This document shows, in pieces, positions 19,377 through 30,069 of a stretch of 64,000 nt of DNA (positions are counted from its first letter, which is position 1; every line of letters begins with the position of its first letter). The stretch covers positions 48,764-112,763 of the forward strand of contig CAJJCR010000005.1 in assembly GCA_905182745.1 (NCBI GenBank), given 5' to 3'. The position numbers and the translations under genes were made by a program. Source of the stretch: Bacteroidetes bacterium MED-G20. GTDB taxonomy: Bacteria; Bacteroidota; Bacteroidia; Flavobacteriales_D; Parvicellaceae. The notes under the pieces were generated by a model. That model made no database searches. It was given only the letters and a program-made list of their open reading frames with translations, and had not been told where the DNA came from.

Positions 19377-20288
19377 TTAACAATTCAATTTGTTTAAAAA
19401 ATCTTTAACAATCTCTGCTAATTTATAGGCAGATTCTTCTTTAAATCTAAACCAAAGTTCTGGTTCTATAAGTTCTAATTCTGAAATTACAGGATTACTA
19501 ACATTGTCAAAAATAATATCAACTCTTGCATAAAGAGGCATAGTTTTAAGACTTTTTATAGTTTTTTCTGCCAACTCAATTATTTCCAGTGAAGGATTTA
19601 TTTTTTCAACACTTCCTCCGAAATCGTCTTGTACCCTGAAATCTCCTTTTTTTGCTTTTTTTTGAACAGAATGGGAGTATTCTCCACCAAAAATCATAAC
19701 TGCAATTTCACCAGTCGATAAAATATTTTTCTGGAATTCTTGAACCATAAAATCTTCATTATTAGTTAGAGAAAGCCATTTGTCTTGAAATTTTTTTATT
19801 TCATCATTTTTTAAATGATAAGTGTGTCTAGCAGCTCCCGAAATAGTTGGCTTTATAACAATATCTTTCCAGTTTTTACTTTTTGAAATAGTCTCTAGGT
19901 TGAGCTGTGTTTTTTTAGAAACAAAAACACTTTCTACAATTGGTAAATCTAGTTTTTGTAAGTCTAATAAATAATGTTTGTCAAGGTTCCAATTTATTTG
20001 CTCGTAGGGGTTTATTAAATAACATTGGTTCTTTATTAAATCTAGCCAATTTCTAAAGTTGGAAAATTGATCGAAATAATCCCAAGTAGATCTAAATATT
20101 GCACTTTTTGTAGAAGACCAATTAAAATTAGTATCGTTCCAATCTTTTTTAATGGTTCTAAGATTCAATTTTTCTAGTCCATCCATTACCAATCCGTCTT
20201 CTTTTAAAACATTTTGTATGTAAGGATCTATTTTTTTAGGATTAACATATCTCGAATCTGTTAATAGAACAACATCAAATTCTTTCAT
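19377..20288 (-). CDS. ATP-grasp ligase, RimK/glutathione-synthetase-like, substrate unknown
   Basis: RSTWDY, WNLDKHYL, VIKPTISGAA, DFRVQ, YARVD and ELELIEP motifs. Confidence 0.85.
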   Translation of the reverse strand: MKEFDVVLLTDSRYVNPKKIDPYIQNVLKEDGLVMDGLEKLNLRTIKKDWNDTNFNWSSTKSAIFRSTWDYFDQFSNFRNWLDLIKNQCYLINPYEQINWNLDKHYLLDLQKLDLPIVESVFVSKKTQLNLETISKSKNWKDIVIKPTISGAARHTYHLKNDEIKKFQDKWLSLTNNEDFMVQEFQKNILSTGEIAVMIFGGEYSHSVQKKAKKGDFRVQDDFGGSVEKINPSLEIIELAEKTIKSLKTMPLYARVDIIFDNVSNPVISELELIEPELWFRFKEESAYKLAEIVKDFLNKLNC

Positions 20289-20353
20289 AGGAGCAAATAT
20301 AATTATTACACAATTTAAGACCTGTTATGTCTCATAAATTCTATTTTTGATAT

Positions 20354-22012
20354 ATGAAATATGTGGTTAGTTATAAAGATTCGGATAGACATTTTATAGA
20401 TTTTAAGTTAATTGTTGATGCAAAAGGTTTGTCAAAGATTAATTTACAACTACCTTCTTGGAGACCTGGAAGATATGAACTTGGAAATTTTGCCAAAAAC
20501 ATTAAAGATTTTAATGTGGTAGATAGTGAGAATAACAAAGTGAGGTTTTGGAAAAAAACAAAAGATTTGTGGGAGGTCGATTGTCAAAAAACGGACCTAT
20601 TGACAGTCTCCTACAGTTATTATGCATCTGAGCTAAATGCAGGGTCTACTTACTTAGATCAAAATCAACTTTACATAAATCCTGTAAACTGCATGTTATA
20701 CAATTCTCAAGATATTGATTTAGAATATGAAATAGAATTTGAATTACCATTAGATTATAAAATTCACACTTCATTGGAAAACCTTGGAAATAATACTCTA
20801 AAAGCTTCAAATTTTGACCAATTGGCAGATTCTCCAATAATTGCCAGTAATTCTGCTAAGCAAAGATCTCTAACTATCAATAACGTTAATTTTAGTTTTT
20901 GCTTTCAAGGGGAAGTAAAAGTTAATTGGGAAAAGATGCTTAAAGATTTTTCTTCTTTTATCAATTATCAGATAAACCTTTTTGGTTCATTTCCCCAAAA
21001 AAGTTTCCTGTTTCTCTTTCAAATAACCCCTTTCAGTTCTTACCATGGAGTTGAACACCATCATTCTACAGTAATATTGTTGGGTCCATCCTACGATGTT
21101 TTCGAAAAATTATATAAAGAATTATTGGGGGTTTCTTCTCATGAATTATACCATGTTTGGAACGTAAAAGGAATTAGACCTAGCGATATGTTGCCCTATG
21201 ATTTTTCTAAGGAAAATTTTACTCATATGGGCTATGTTACAGAAGGTGTTACTACTTATATGGGAGATAGAATACTCTTTGAAAGTGGTGTTTTTTCTAC
21301 GGATCAATATTTTAATGAATTGGAAAAATTATTCCAACGACACTTTCATAGCGATGGTCGCAATCATTATTCTGTTTCAGAATCTAGTTGGGATACATGG
21401 TTAGACGGATATGTTCAGGGAATTCCCGGCAGAAAAGTTTCTATTTATGTAGAAGGTGCATTGATAGCTATGATTTGCGATGCCAAAATAAGAAAGGCTA
21501 CTGGCCATAAAAAATCTTTACATGATGTAATGAAAGCTTTCTACTCTGGTTCAAATGAATTAACGAGTTATGATATGAATAGCTATAAGAATGCTTTAGA
21601 AACTGTATCTGGAGAAAGTTTCAGCTCTATTTTTGATAAAATCATTTACGGAAAAGAAGATTTTAGGAGTTTTCTTGAAGAGGCTTTAAAGGTTTTTGGT
21701 TGGAAGTTTTCAGTAATTAAATCCAAAAATATAAGTTGGCAACTTGGATTAAAGACTTATTTTAAAAATGGCCATCTTAAAGTTTTAAATGTTCTAGAGG
21801 GAAGTGCTGCATATAATTCGTTAGTTGTAAAAGAAGATGAAATATTGGCTATTAATGATTTTAGGATAGATAATAATTTGGACCATTGGCTAAATTATTT
21901 TGAAAATGACCAAATTGCACTAAAAGTTAGTAGAAATGGAAAAATATTGGATATAAATATGAATTCTAGTAGTGATAATCAGTACTTTAAATATAAATTC
22001 TTTGAAGAATGA
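20354..22012 (+). CDS. M61 glycyl aminopeptidase with PDZ domain
   Basis: LPSWRPGRY, GVEH, HELYHVWNVK and EGVTTY motifs; C-terminal PDZ-like region. Confidence 0.92.
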   Translation: MKYVVSYKDSDRHFIDFKLIVDAKGLSKINLQLPSWRPGRYELGNFAKNIKDFNVVDSENNKVRFWKKTKDLWEVDCQKTDLLTVSYSYYASELNAGSTYLDQNQLYINPVNCMLYNSQDIDLEYEIEFELPLDYKIHTSLENLGNNTLKASNFDQLADSPIIASNSAKQRSLTINNVNFSFCFQGEVKVNWEKMLKDFSSFINYQINLFGSFPQKSFLFLFQITPFSSYHGVEHHHSTVILLGPSYDVFEKLYKELLGVSSHELYHVWNVKGIRPSDMLPYDFSKENFTHMGYVTEGVTTYMGDRILFESGVFSTDQYFNELEKLFQRHFHSDGRNHYSVSESSWDTWLDGYVQGIPGRKVSIYVEGALIAMICDAKIRKATGHKKSLHDVMKAFYSGSNELTSYDMNSYKNALETVSGESFSSIFDKIIYGKEDFRSFLEEALKVFGWKFSVIKSKNISWQLGLKTYFKNGHLKVLNVLEGSAAYNSLVVKEDEILAINDFRIDNNLDHWLNYFENDQIALKVSRNGKILDINMNSSSDNQYFKYKFFEE

Positions 22013-22482
22013 AAAATTTTGATGCTCTTAAGTGGCTTTGTCTACTAAGCTTAATAGGTTTTATCTATTGTTTCGTTTTTGACCTAGGTTATTTCTTTTT
22101 GTTTTTTGATTTCTTAGATTTAAATTCTGAAAAGAATAATTTTTTAAACTTAATTATAGAAAATTTAGATGAAAATGATTTTAAGTTTGACGAATATTTG
22201 GCCTCACAACTTAGAAGTCTATACGGTTTAAGAATTGTCTTTGATATATTGGCAATGGCTGGAGTAACTTTGATGTACTTTAAGGTAAAGTTAGGATGGA
22301 CATTTTATTGGATTTTTCAAGTAGCTTATGTTTTAGCTCCATATATATTTTTAAATTTTGAATTTCAAGCTTCTTGGCCTTATTTTACTGGCATTGCATT
22401 GGTCATGTTTCCACTTTTTAACAATATGATTCATTTGGTTTATGTCCTGTTATTCATGTCCCAAAGAGCACAACTAAAATAA
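22009..22482 (+). CDS. Hypothetical membrane protein
   Basis: 157 aa with about four hydrophobic helices; translationally coupled to the M61 gene (ATGA). Confidence 0.7.
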   Translation: MKNFDALKWLCLLSLIGFIYCFVFDLGYFFLFFDFLDLNSEKNNFLNLIIENLDENDFKFDEYLASQLRSLYGLRIVFDILAMAGVTLMYFKVKLGWTFYWIFQVAYVLAPYIFLNFEFQASWPYFTGIALVMFPLFNNMIHLVYVLLFMSQRAQLK

Positions 22483-22545
22483 TAAATTCCATTTTGAATA
22501 TTAAAATTAACTTTTTCTTGTAAATTAGAGTAGAAGGATATTTAT

Positions 22546-23964
22546 ATGGAAGAAAACAATAGAATAGACTACGACCCTATTAAATCAGAAGCAGATAAGG
22601 TTTCTGTAAAGCAGGCATTTGGTTCAGTAACAAATTTTTTAAAAAAGTTATTTTCTATTTACGACGGAGTCGATAAAGAAAAAACTGTTGAGGACATAAG
22701 AAGCGATATTGAGTTTTCCTCGATAAATATTTGGATTCTAATTTGTTCCATTTTGGTTGCCTCCATTGGTTTAATCAATAATTCTCCAGCCGTAATAATA
22801 GGAGCCATGTTAATATCTCCATTAATGGGTCCCATAAGGGGAATAGGGTATGCTTTATCAGCCAATGATTTTAAAGCACTTATTCAGTCTTTAAAAAACT
22901 TTGGTATAATGGTAGCTGCAAGTGTTTTGGCATCTTATTTATTTTATTTAATCACTCCCATTAAATCAGAAACATCTGAACTTCTAAGTAGAACTAAACC
23001 ACATGTATTAGATATTTTAATTGCTTTTTTTGGTGGTCTAGCTGGTGTTATAGCAACAACAGTAAGAAATAAAGCCACCACAATAACAGTAATTCCTGGG
23101 GTTGCAATTGCTACTGCTTTGATGCCTCCTTTATGTACAGTTGGATATGCAATGGCAGTAGGGAATTGGCCATATTTCATTGGTGCTTTCTATTTGTTTT
23201 TACTAAACAGTGTTTTTATATGTCTATCGACTTTTATTGTTCTCCGACTGTTGAATTTTCCAAAGGTTAAATTTGTTAATCCTAAAATTGAGAGAAAAGT
23301 AAAAATTTATGTTTTTACAGTTTTGCTTCTTATAGTAATACCAAGTGTTTTTAAATTTTACCATATTATACACGAGTCTATTTTTATACAAAGCGCAGAT
23401 AACTTTATTAAAAATGAAATATCTATTAATCCAGAAATTGAGGTGCTGACCAAAGAATTAAATTACGAGGATGAGAATCCTGAAATAATTTTAAATATTG
23501 GAGGAAAGTACATCAATGAAGAACAGGTAAATAATTGGAAATTACAGCTTACTAATTATGAAATGGGCAATGTGAATTTAGAGATTCATAATTTACAGTC
23601 TAAGGCTATTGATGAAGAAGAGTTGTTAAATAAAATATTGGTAGATAATGACAAGAAGATATTATCTATTTCAGAGGAGAGAGACTTGTATAAGAGCGAA
23701 CTCCAAAACATTATGAGAGAGAAAAATGCTTTGGATCAATTAAATACTAGGATTCTAACCCATTTTCCATCCATAAAATCCTTAAATTATGGTCAATCCT
23801 ACAGCGAGTTAAATGGAGTTAAAGACACTAATTTTGTTTTTGTTATTAGGTGGAATAACGATACTCTCAAAAATTTCCAGAAATCTTATGTCGAGAATTT
23901 TATAACTAAAGAGTTAAATACTTTCTATTCCAACGATAATAAAGTTCTGATTTTTAATAAGTAG
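22546..23964 (+). CDS. DUF389 (TIGR00341) membrane protein
   Basis: SPAVIIGAMLISPLMGPI and PGVAIATALMPPL motifs. Confidence 0.92.
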   Translation: MEENNRIDYDPIKSEADKVSVKQAFGSVTNFLKKLFSIYDGVDKEKTVEDIRSDIEFSSINIWILICSILVASIGLINNSPAVIIGAMLISPLMGPIRGIGYALSANDFKALIQSLKNFGIMVAASVLASYLFYLITPIKSETSELLSRTKPHVLDILIAFFGGLAGVIATTVRNKATTITVIPGVAIATALMPPLCTVGYAMAVGNWPYFIGAFYLFLLNSVFICLSTFIVLRLLNFPKVKFVNPKIERKVKIYVFTVLLLIVIPSVFKFYHIIHESIFIQSADNFIKNEISINPEIEVLTKELNYEDENPEIILNIGGKYINEEQVNNWKLQLTNYEMGNVNLEIHNLQSKAIDEEELLNKILVDNDKKILSISEERDLYKSELQNIMREKNALDQLNTRILTHFPSIKSLNYGQSYSELNGVKDTNFVFVIRWNNDTLKNFQKSYVENFITKELNTFYSNDNKVLIFNK

Positions 23965-23967
23965 AAA

Positions 23968-24311
23968 GTGGGGAAATCCAAAAAAAATCGTGTAAATGTA
24001 GTTTACTCAACGAATCCTCATTTTGATTTTGAGGAACCCTCGGATGATGAAATATCCATTCCTTTTAATGAACAAAAATTATATATTTCTATTGATAGAA
24101 AGAACAGAGCAGGGAAGTCAGTTACTTTAATTGAAGAATTTAGAGGATCTGATGAAGACGCTAAAGAATTGGCAAAAAAATTAAAACAACTTTGTGGTGT
24201 AGGAGGAGGATACAAAAATAAAGAAATCTATATTCAGGGAAATCAAAGAGATAAAGTTTCTAAATTTTTACAAAAACTAGGTGCTTCACTGTAAAATTTA
24301 AGGGTGGTTAA
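23968..24311 (+). CDS. yciH: Translation initiation factor SUI1/YciH (indel near 24284)
   Basis: VVYST, RAGKSVTLI and LKQLCGVGG..K..EIYIQG motifs; shifted frame ends FTVKFKGG* at 24311. Confidence 0.9.
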
Positions 24312-24336
24312 TTTGGTATTTCTTTTTTTTAAATCT

Positions 24337-24364
24337 ATTTTTGACTAAACGGTCAGTCAAAAAT
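24337..24364 (+). promoter_or_regulatory. TetR-type operator palindrome overlapping the TATTTTTG promoter box and start codon
   Basis: ATTTTTGACT-aaacggtc-AGTCAAAAAT is a perfect 10-bp inverted repeat immediately before tetR. Confidence 0.8.
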
Positions 24365-24935
24365 GTGTCCAAAGACAGTTGTTCAAAATAAAATTATTCG
24401 ACAAGAGAAGAAAGATCTTATCCTAAGAACTGCTTTAATAGTATTTGCCCAAGAAGGATACCATGCCAGTTCGGTTAACAAAATAGCGGATAAAGCGAAT
24501 ATTTCTAAAGGACTTATATACAATTACTTCGAAAGTAAAGAAGACTTGTTACGTAATATTATTACCAATATTATGGATAGGTATATGGAAAAATATCCTC
24601 CAATTGATTCTATTCCAAATGATAGTCATATTGAATACTTTATTGACCAATCATTTGAATTTATACTTGAAGATAAAGCTCGAGCTAAACTTTTATTTGC
24701 TTTGACAGCACAATCTATAGTTATGGATCTTATGACTAAAATAACGATGCAAAAAGCCGAACCATTTATGAACAATGTCATGAATTTTTTTGAAATTAAA
24801 AAACACGATGATCCTAAAGCTATGATGCATTATTTTTTTTCAACCTTAGAAGGGGTTCAATTGCACGTAACTTTTAATCCTCTATATCCCATTGATAAAG
24901 TGAAAAAGATTCTAAAAAAACAATTTTTAAAATAA
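24363..24935 (+). CDS. TetR/AcrR family regulator
   Basis: HTH FAQEGYHASSVNKIADKANISKGLIYNYFESKEDL. Confidence 0.95.
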   Translation: MCPKTVVQNKIIRQEKKDLILRTALIVFAQEGYHASSVNKIADKANISKGLIYNYFESKEDLLRNIITNIMDRYMEKYPPIDSIPNDSHIEYFIDQSFEFILEDKARAKLLFALTAQSIVMDLMTKITMQKAEPFMNNVMNFFEIKKHDDPKAMMHYFFSTLEGVQLHVTFNPLYPIDKVKKILKKQFLK

Positions 24936-25675
24936 TGAAAAAAATAAATTTTATAATATTATTATTCAGCTCTATTAATATATTCAGTCAAACAGCTCTA
25001 GAAATTATTGAAAAGTCAGATGCTAAATTAAGGGGAGAGTCTTCTTTTTCTGAAATGACTATAACTATAGTTAGACCAAAATGGCAAAAGACCATGACTA
25101 TGAAAAGCTGGTCAGAAGGAACTGATTATTCAGTTTCTTTAGTTACAAGTCCTGCTAAAGAAAAAGGTTCTGTTTTTTTAAAAAGAAAAAATGAAGTTTG
25201 GAATTACTTACCTACTTTGGAAAGAACTATAAAACTACCACCATCCATGATGACCCAAAGCTTTATGGGGACAGATTTAACCAACGATGATTTAGTCAAA
25301 CAATCTTCAATGGTAGTAGATTATTCGCATAAGATTTTAAAAGAAGAAATAGTAGAGGGATTGAACTGTTGGAAATTAGAATTATTACCCAATGAAGAGG
25401 CTACCGTAGTTTGGGGTAAGTTAATTATTTGGATAGATAAATCGGATTATATGCAACTTAAAGTAGAGTTTTATGATGAAGATGAAGAGCTAGTTAATTT
25501 AATGAATGGATACAATTTTAAAATGTTTGGCAATAAAAAACTTCCTTCCAAAATTGAATTTATTCCTTTGGAGGATGAAGGTAATAAAACAGTAATTGAA
25601 TACAATTCATGGGAATTTGATAAGGAAATACCTTCCAATTATTTTACAACACAATATGTATCAAGATTAAAATAG
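24935..25675 (+). CDS. LolA-like outer-membrane lipoprotein-sorting protein
   Basis: SPAKEKGSVFLK...WNYLP..ERTIKLPPSMM.QSFMGTDLTNDD; signal peptide. Confidence 0.88.
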   Translation: MKKINFIILLFSSINIFSQTALEIIEKSDAKLRGESSFSEMTITIVRPKWQKTMTMKSWSEGTDYSVSLVTSPAKEKGSVFLKRKNEVWNYLPTLERTIKLPPSMMTQSFMGTDLTNDDLVKQSSMVVDYSHKILKEEIVEGLNCWKLELLPNEEATVVWGKLIIWIDKSDYMQLKVEFYDEDEELVNLMNGYNFKMFGNKKLPSKIEFIPLEDEGNKTVIEYNSWEFDKEIPSNYFTTQYVSRLK

Positions 25676-26893
25676 ATGATGTTAATTAAACTCGCTTGGC
25701 GAAATATTTGGCGCAACAAAAAGAGAAGTATCATAACCATTACAGCTATTGTGATTGCTGTATTTTTAGCTGTTGTAATGCGTTCTTTGCAATTGGGAAT
25801 GTATGACAATATGATTCAAAATATTGTTGGTTCTTATTCTGGCCATATTCAAATTCATTCTAATGGCTACTGGGAAGAACAAACCATAGATAATGCTTTT
25901 GAATATAACGATTCATTAATTGAGAAAATTGAAATCAATCAAGAGGTTGACCACACCACTAAAAGACTTCAAAGTGGGTGCTTATCGTCCTATAAAGATT
26001 TATCAAAATTTGTTTTCGTTAATGGGATAGAACCAGACAAAGAACAATTAATGACCGATTGGAATAAAAGATTAGTAGATGGAGAATTATTGACTAAAAA
26101 TTCCAGTTCTGTAAATATTGGAAAAGGAATTGCCAAATATTACAATTTGAAAGTTGGAGATACTTTAATTTTTGTTGGTCAAGGATATCATGGAATGCAA
26201 GCGGTGGGAGCTTTCCCTGTTTGTGGAATTTTAGACATGAAAAATCCTAATTTAAATAATGTAAGTGTATTCATGTCGCTTCCTACTGCTCAAGATTTTC
26301 TATCGGCTAATGATTTAATGACACATTTAGTCATTAATAAAAAAGAATATAGCGATGAACAAACTATAGTTAGTTCTTTAAGTGAAAATTTTAAGGCTGA
26401 ATATGAAATTATGACATGGCAAGAAATGATGCCAGAAATTCAGCAGGTTATTCAAGCCGATAGTGCAGGAGGTCTTGTGATGATTTTTATTTTATATATG
26501 ATTATAACCTTTGGAATTTTTGGAACCGTACTAATGATGACTCAAGAGAGAAAATACGAATTTGGCGTAGTAGTTTCCATAGGAATGAAGAAAATTAAAT
26601 TAATGATTTCTATGGTTTATGAAACCATTTTTTTAACCTCTATTGGGGTTCTTTCTGGAGTTGTCTTATCTAGGCCGCTTGTTATCCACTTTCACAATAA
26701 TCCGTTAGAATTTCCTGCAGAACAAGCTGAAATGATGGAAAATCAAGGATTTGAAGCGATTATTCCATTTATGAGCTCTTACGATATTCCAATTACCCAT
26801 GGGTTAATTATATTTTTTATTTCACTATTTATTTGCATCTATCCTATTATTACTATTTACAAGTTGAACCCTGTTAAAGCCATGAAAAGATAA
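25676..26893 (+). CDS. ABC transporter permease, LolE/FtsX/MacB type
   Basis: LAWRNIWRNKKRS and ERKYEFGVVVSIG motifs; 1+3 TM topology with a periplasmic domain. Confidence 0.92.
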   Translation: MMLIKLAWRNIWRNKKRSIITITAIVIAVFLAVVMRSLQLGMYDNMIQNIVGSYSGHIQIHSNGYWEEQTIDNAFEYNDSLIEKIEINQEVDHTTKRLQSGCLSSYKDLSKFVFVNGIEPDKEQLMTDWNKRLVDGELLTKNSSSVNIGKGIAKYYNLKVGDTLIFVGQGYHGMQAVGAFPVCGILDMKNPNLNNVSVFMSLPTAQDFLSANDLMTHLVINKKEYSDEQTIVSSLSENFKAEYEIMTWQEMMPEIQQVIQADSAGGLVMIFILYMIITFGIFGTVLMMTQERKYEFGVVVSIGMKKIKLMISMVYETIFLTSIGVLSGVVLSRPLVIHFHNNPLEFPAEQAEMMENQGFEAIIPFMSSYDIPITHGLIIFFISLFICIYPIITIYKLNPVKAMKR

Positions 26894-26894
26894 T

Positions 26895-28115
26895 ATGAAA
26901 ACAGTAATAAAAATAGCATGGCGAAATATTTGGCGAAATAAGCTGAGGAGTTTAACAGTGATTGTTTCTATGGTTTTAGGTCTTTTTTCTGGTCTTTTTG
27001 CTGTTTCTATGATGTTGGGTTTAAATGATCAGAGAATGGGTAGTGCAGTGGATTCCTATCTTTCCCACATTCAAATTCATCATCCATCTTTTAATGAGAA
27101 CTTTGATATAAAGCATACTGTAGAAAACTTTGATTCTCTTAAAATTTCGCTTAAAAATGACCAAACTATTAAGGCATTTAGTTCAAGAACAATTATTTCT
27201 GGAATGGCATCTACAGCCCATGGTTCGGCAGGAATTCGTCTAATTGGAATTGATCCCACTTCAGAATCAAAAGTTACTAATGTGCATACCAGCATGGTCA
27301 AGGGTACTTACTTTACTAGTATTAAAAGTAAACCAGCTTTAATTGGTAAAAAATTAGCGGAGAAATTGCAATTAGATATTAAAAAGAAAATCTATTTAAC
27401 ATTTGTAGATGAAAATGGGGACCAGCAACGCATTAAACTAAAAGTAGAGGGTATTTTTAAAACAGCTAGCACTTTATTTGACCGTACCAATATCTACATG
27501 AAAAGAGAAGACTTACAAAAAATATTAGCTAACAATTCTGCCATTCACGAAATTGGAATTATTTGTGAAGATTTAAATTTAGTGGAAAATAAAGTAGATG
27601 GTCTAAATAAAAGTTTTCCTAATAATAAGATAGAATCTTGGGGACAGATTGCCCCTGAGTTGGGTTATGCACAAGAAATTATGGGAAGTGTTATTTATAT
27701 TTTTATGGGCATTATTTTAATAGCACTTTCTTTTGGGATTATCAATACTATGCTTATGGCAGTATTGGAAAGAAAAAAAGAGTTGGGTATGTTAATGTCT
27801 GTGGGGCTTAATAAAAGAAAAGTATTTTTCATGGTAGTTTTTGAAACTCTATTTATTTCTTTAGTTGCAGCTCCAATAGGCATATTTTTATCCTATTCTT
27901 TTATCTCTTATTTTGGAATTCATGGTATAGACCTTTCTTCTGTAGGCGAAGGATTAGAAGAACTCGGAATTGGAACAAGAGTCTTTACCAAATTATCTTT
28001 CGATAATTATATAAATATTACCATTTTGACTTTGATTGTAACTTTTTTCTCTTCCTTAATTCCTGCAAGAAGAGCTTTAAAATTAAACCCTGCAGAAGCA
28101 GTTAGAGCACTATAA
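26895..28115 (+). CDS. ABC transporter permease, LolE/FtsX/MacB type (second paralog)
   Basis: IAWRNIWRNKLRS, ERKKELGMLMSVG and PARRALKLNPAEA motifs. Confidence 0.92.
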   Translation: MKTVIKIAWRNIWRNKLRSLTVIVSMVLGLFSGLFAVSMMLGLNDQRMGSAVDSYLSHIQIHHPSFNENFDIKHTVENFDSLKISLKNDQTIKAFSSRTIISGMASTAHGSAGIRLIGIDPTSESKVTNVHTSMVKGTYFTSIKSKPALIGKKLAEKLQLDIKKKIYLTFVDENGDQQRIKLKVEGIFKTASTLFDRTNIYMKREDLQKILANNSAIHEIGIICEDLNLVENKVDGLNKSFPNNKIESWGQIAPELGYAQEIMGSVIYIFMGIILIALSFGIINTMLMAVLERKKELGMLMSVGLNKRKVFFMVVFETLFISLVAAPIGIFLSYSFISYFGIHGIDLSSVGEGLEELGIGTRVFTKLSFDNYINITILTLIVTFFSSLIPARRALKLNPAEAVRAL

Positions 28116-28126
28116 AACTTATAAAT

Positions 28127-28810
28127 ATGAATGTAATTGAAACCAATAATTTAATTAAAATATACCAACAAGGAGATATTGAAGTAAAGGCTCTAAATGA
28201 TGTGTCTATTAATTTTCAGCAAGGGGAGTTTACTGCAATAGTTGGTCCTTCCGGCTCTGGAAAAACCACATTTTTAAATTCTATTGGTGGACTCGACACA
28301 CCCACGTCAGGAAAAGTAGTCATTAACGATACCGATATTACCAACCTAAAGTCCAATGAACTTATAGATTTTAGATTACGCAACATAGGTTTTGTTTTTC
28401 AGGCTTATAATTTAATTCCTGTATTGACGGCAAAGGAAAATGTAGAGTTTATTATGTTAATGCAAGGAGATTCGGCAAGCGATAGAAAATCTAGAGCAGA
28501 GGAACTTTTAAATGCGGTTGGTTTGTCAGATCAAATAAATAGACGACCAGGCCAACTATCGGGTGGTCAGCAGCAAAGAGTAGCAGTTGCTAGAGCATTG
28601 GCATCAAAACCCAAATTTGTTTTAGCAGATGAACCTACTGCCAATTTAGATTCTACATCTACTTCTAACCTTTTAGATATTATGCATAGACTAAATAAGG
28701 AAGAGAATATGACTTTCATATTTTCTACCCATGACCAGAGGGTTATAGATAGAGCTAAAAGAATAATTACTTTGGAGGACGGGAAAATTCTTTCGGACAA
28801 AAAGCAATAA
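28127..28810 (+). CDS. ABC transporter ATP-binding protein, LolD type
   Basis: GPSGSGKT, LSGGQQQR, ADEPTANLD and STHD motifs. Confidence 0.95.
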   Translation: MNVIETNNLIKIYQQGDIEVKALNDVSINFQQGEFTAIVGPSGSGKTTFLNSIGGLDTPTSGKVVINDTDITNLKSNELIDFRLRNIGFVFQAYNLIPVLTAKENVEFIMLMQGDSASDRKSRAEELLNAVGLSDQINRRPGQLSGGQQQRVAVARALASKPKFVLADEPTANLDSTSTSNLLDIMHRLNKEENMTFIFSTHDQRVIDRAKRIITLEDGKILSDKKQ

Positions 28811-28811
28811 A

Positions 28812-29987
28812 ATGAGAATTTATTTTTTATGCTTTCTATTATTTTCTTTTAGTTTTTCATTTTTTTCTCAGGAAAATAAAAAAAACAAGTGGAAGGAAAA
28901 AGTAGAGTTTTCTGGTTTTATAAAGTATATGAATACCACTTCGGTTGTAGATTTGGATTCTTTAATTACAGACAATTTAATTCACAATAGAATAAGATTC
29001 AAAGCATATCTAAGCGATAAAATAACTACTGTTATTGAAATTAGAAATAGGATATTTTATGGGGAAGCAACCCGCTTAAATCCTAGCTTAGGTAAACAAT
29101 TAGAAAAAGACAATGGACAAGTAGACTTGTCTTTTGTTTCCTTGGATAGAAATCCTTTAGTCATTCATTCTATTTTAGATAGAGCATATATGAGATACAG
29201 TGAAGATAACTGGGAGCTAACTATTGGTAGACAAAGAATTAATTGGGGTGTTAATTTGGCTTTTAATCCCAACGATTTATTTAACGCCTATAGTTTGGTT
29301 GATTTTGATTACCAAGAAAGACCAGGAGTGGATGCAGTTAGATTTCAATATTATGGAGACGATATGTCTAGTTTTGAAGGAGCTGTTCAAATTGGAAATT
29401 CCTTGGATAGTTCTGTAATAGCTGGATTGTGGAAATTCAATAAATGGAAGTACGATTTCCAATTTCTTGCCGCCAACTATTTTAAAGATATTGCTATTGG
29501 AACTGCATGGGCTGGTAATATTAAAAAAGCAGGATTTAAAACTGAAGTATCTTATTTTCAACCCAAATCTAAATTTTTTGAAAGTAACGGTGGTTTAAGT
29601 TTGTCTACCACCTTAGATTATTCGTTTAAAAAAGGCACTTATATCAACGCATCAGTACTTTACAATAGTTCAGGAATTAGTCAGCCATTAAATTCTTCGA
29701 ATTTATTTCAAACTTTTATAGGAGATATTTCTGCCAAGTCGTTAATGCCATCAAAATGGACTTATTTTGGACAGATTAGTGGCGCATTTAATCCTGCACT
29801 TAATGGATCATTTGCTGTCTTTTATATGCAAGGAATAAATCTTGCTCTTTTTATGCCATCTATTGTTTACAATATTAACGATGATTGGGAGTTGATGCTT
29901 ACTGCACAATCTGCCTTTGGAGAGTTAAATAGTAAATTCCAGTCCATGGGTTCTGGCATTTACTTAAGAACCATGTATAGTTTCTAG
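28812..29987 (+). CDS. Outer-membrane beta-barrel protein of unknown function
   Basis: Signal peptide, DRAY...GRQRINWG....NPNDLF...ERPGVDA and terminal YSF. Confidence 0.8.
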   Translation: MRIYFLCFLLFSFSFSFFSQENKKNKWKEKVEFSGFIKYMNTTSVVDLDSLITDNLIHNRIRFKAYLSDKITTVIEIRNRIFYGEATRLNPSLGKQLEKDNGQVDLSFVSLDRNPLVIHSILDRAYMRYSEDNWELTIGRQRINWGVNLAFNPNDLFNAYSLVDFDYQERPGVDAVRFQYYGDDMSSFEGAVQIGNSLDSSVIAGLWKFNKWKYDFQFLAANYFKDIAIGTAWAGNIKKAGFKTEVSYFQPKSKFFESNGGLSLSTTLDYSFKKGTYINASVLYNSSGISQPLNSSNLFQTFIGDISAKSLMPSKWTYFGQISGAFNPALNGSFAVFYMQGINLALFMPSIVYNINDDWELMLTAQSAFGELNSKFQSMGSGIYLRTMYSF

Positions 29988-30069
29988 AATTTCAATCTGT
30001 TATTAAGAAAAAACGAAAATGTTTAGTCTTTTGTAGTAATAATTAAACAAAACTTATTAATTTCGCTCC

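Noticed and set aside
30012..30036. CTAC-N17-CGTT on the minus strand as an antisense ECF promoter
   Set aside because: The spacing is off by one, no sense gene follows, and a single instance is plausible by chance.
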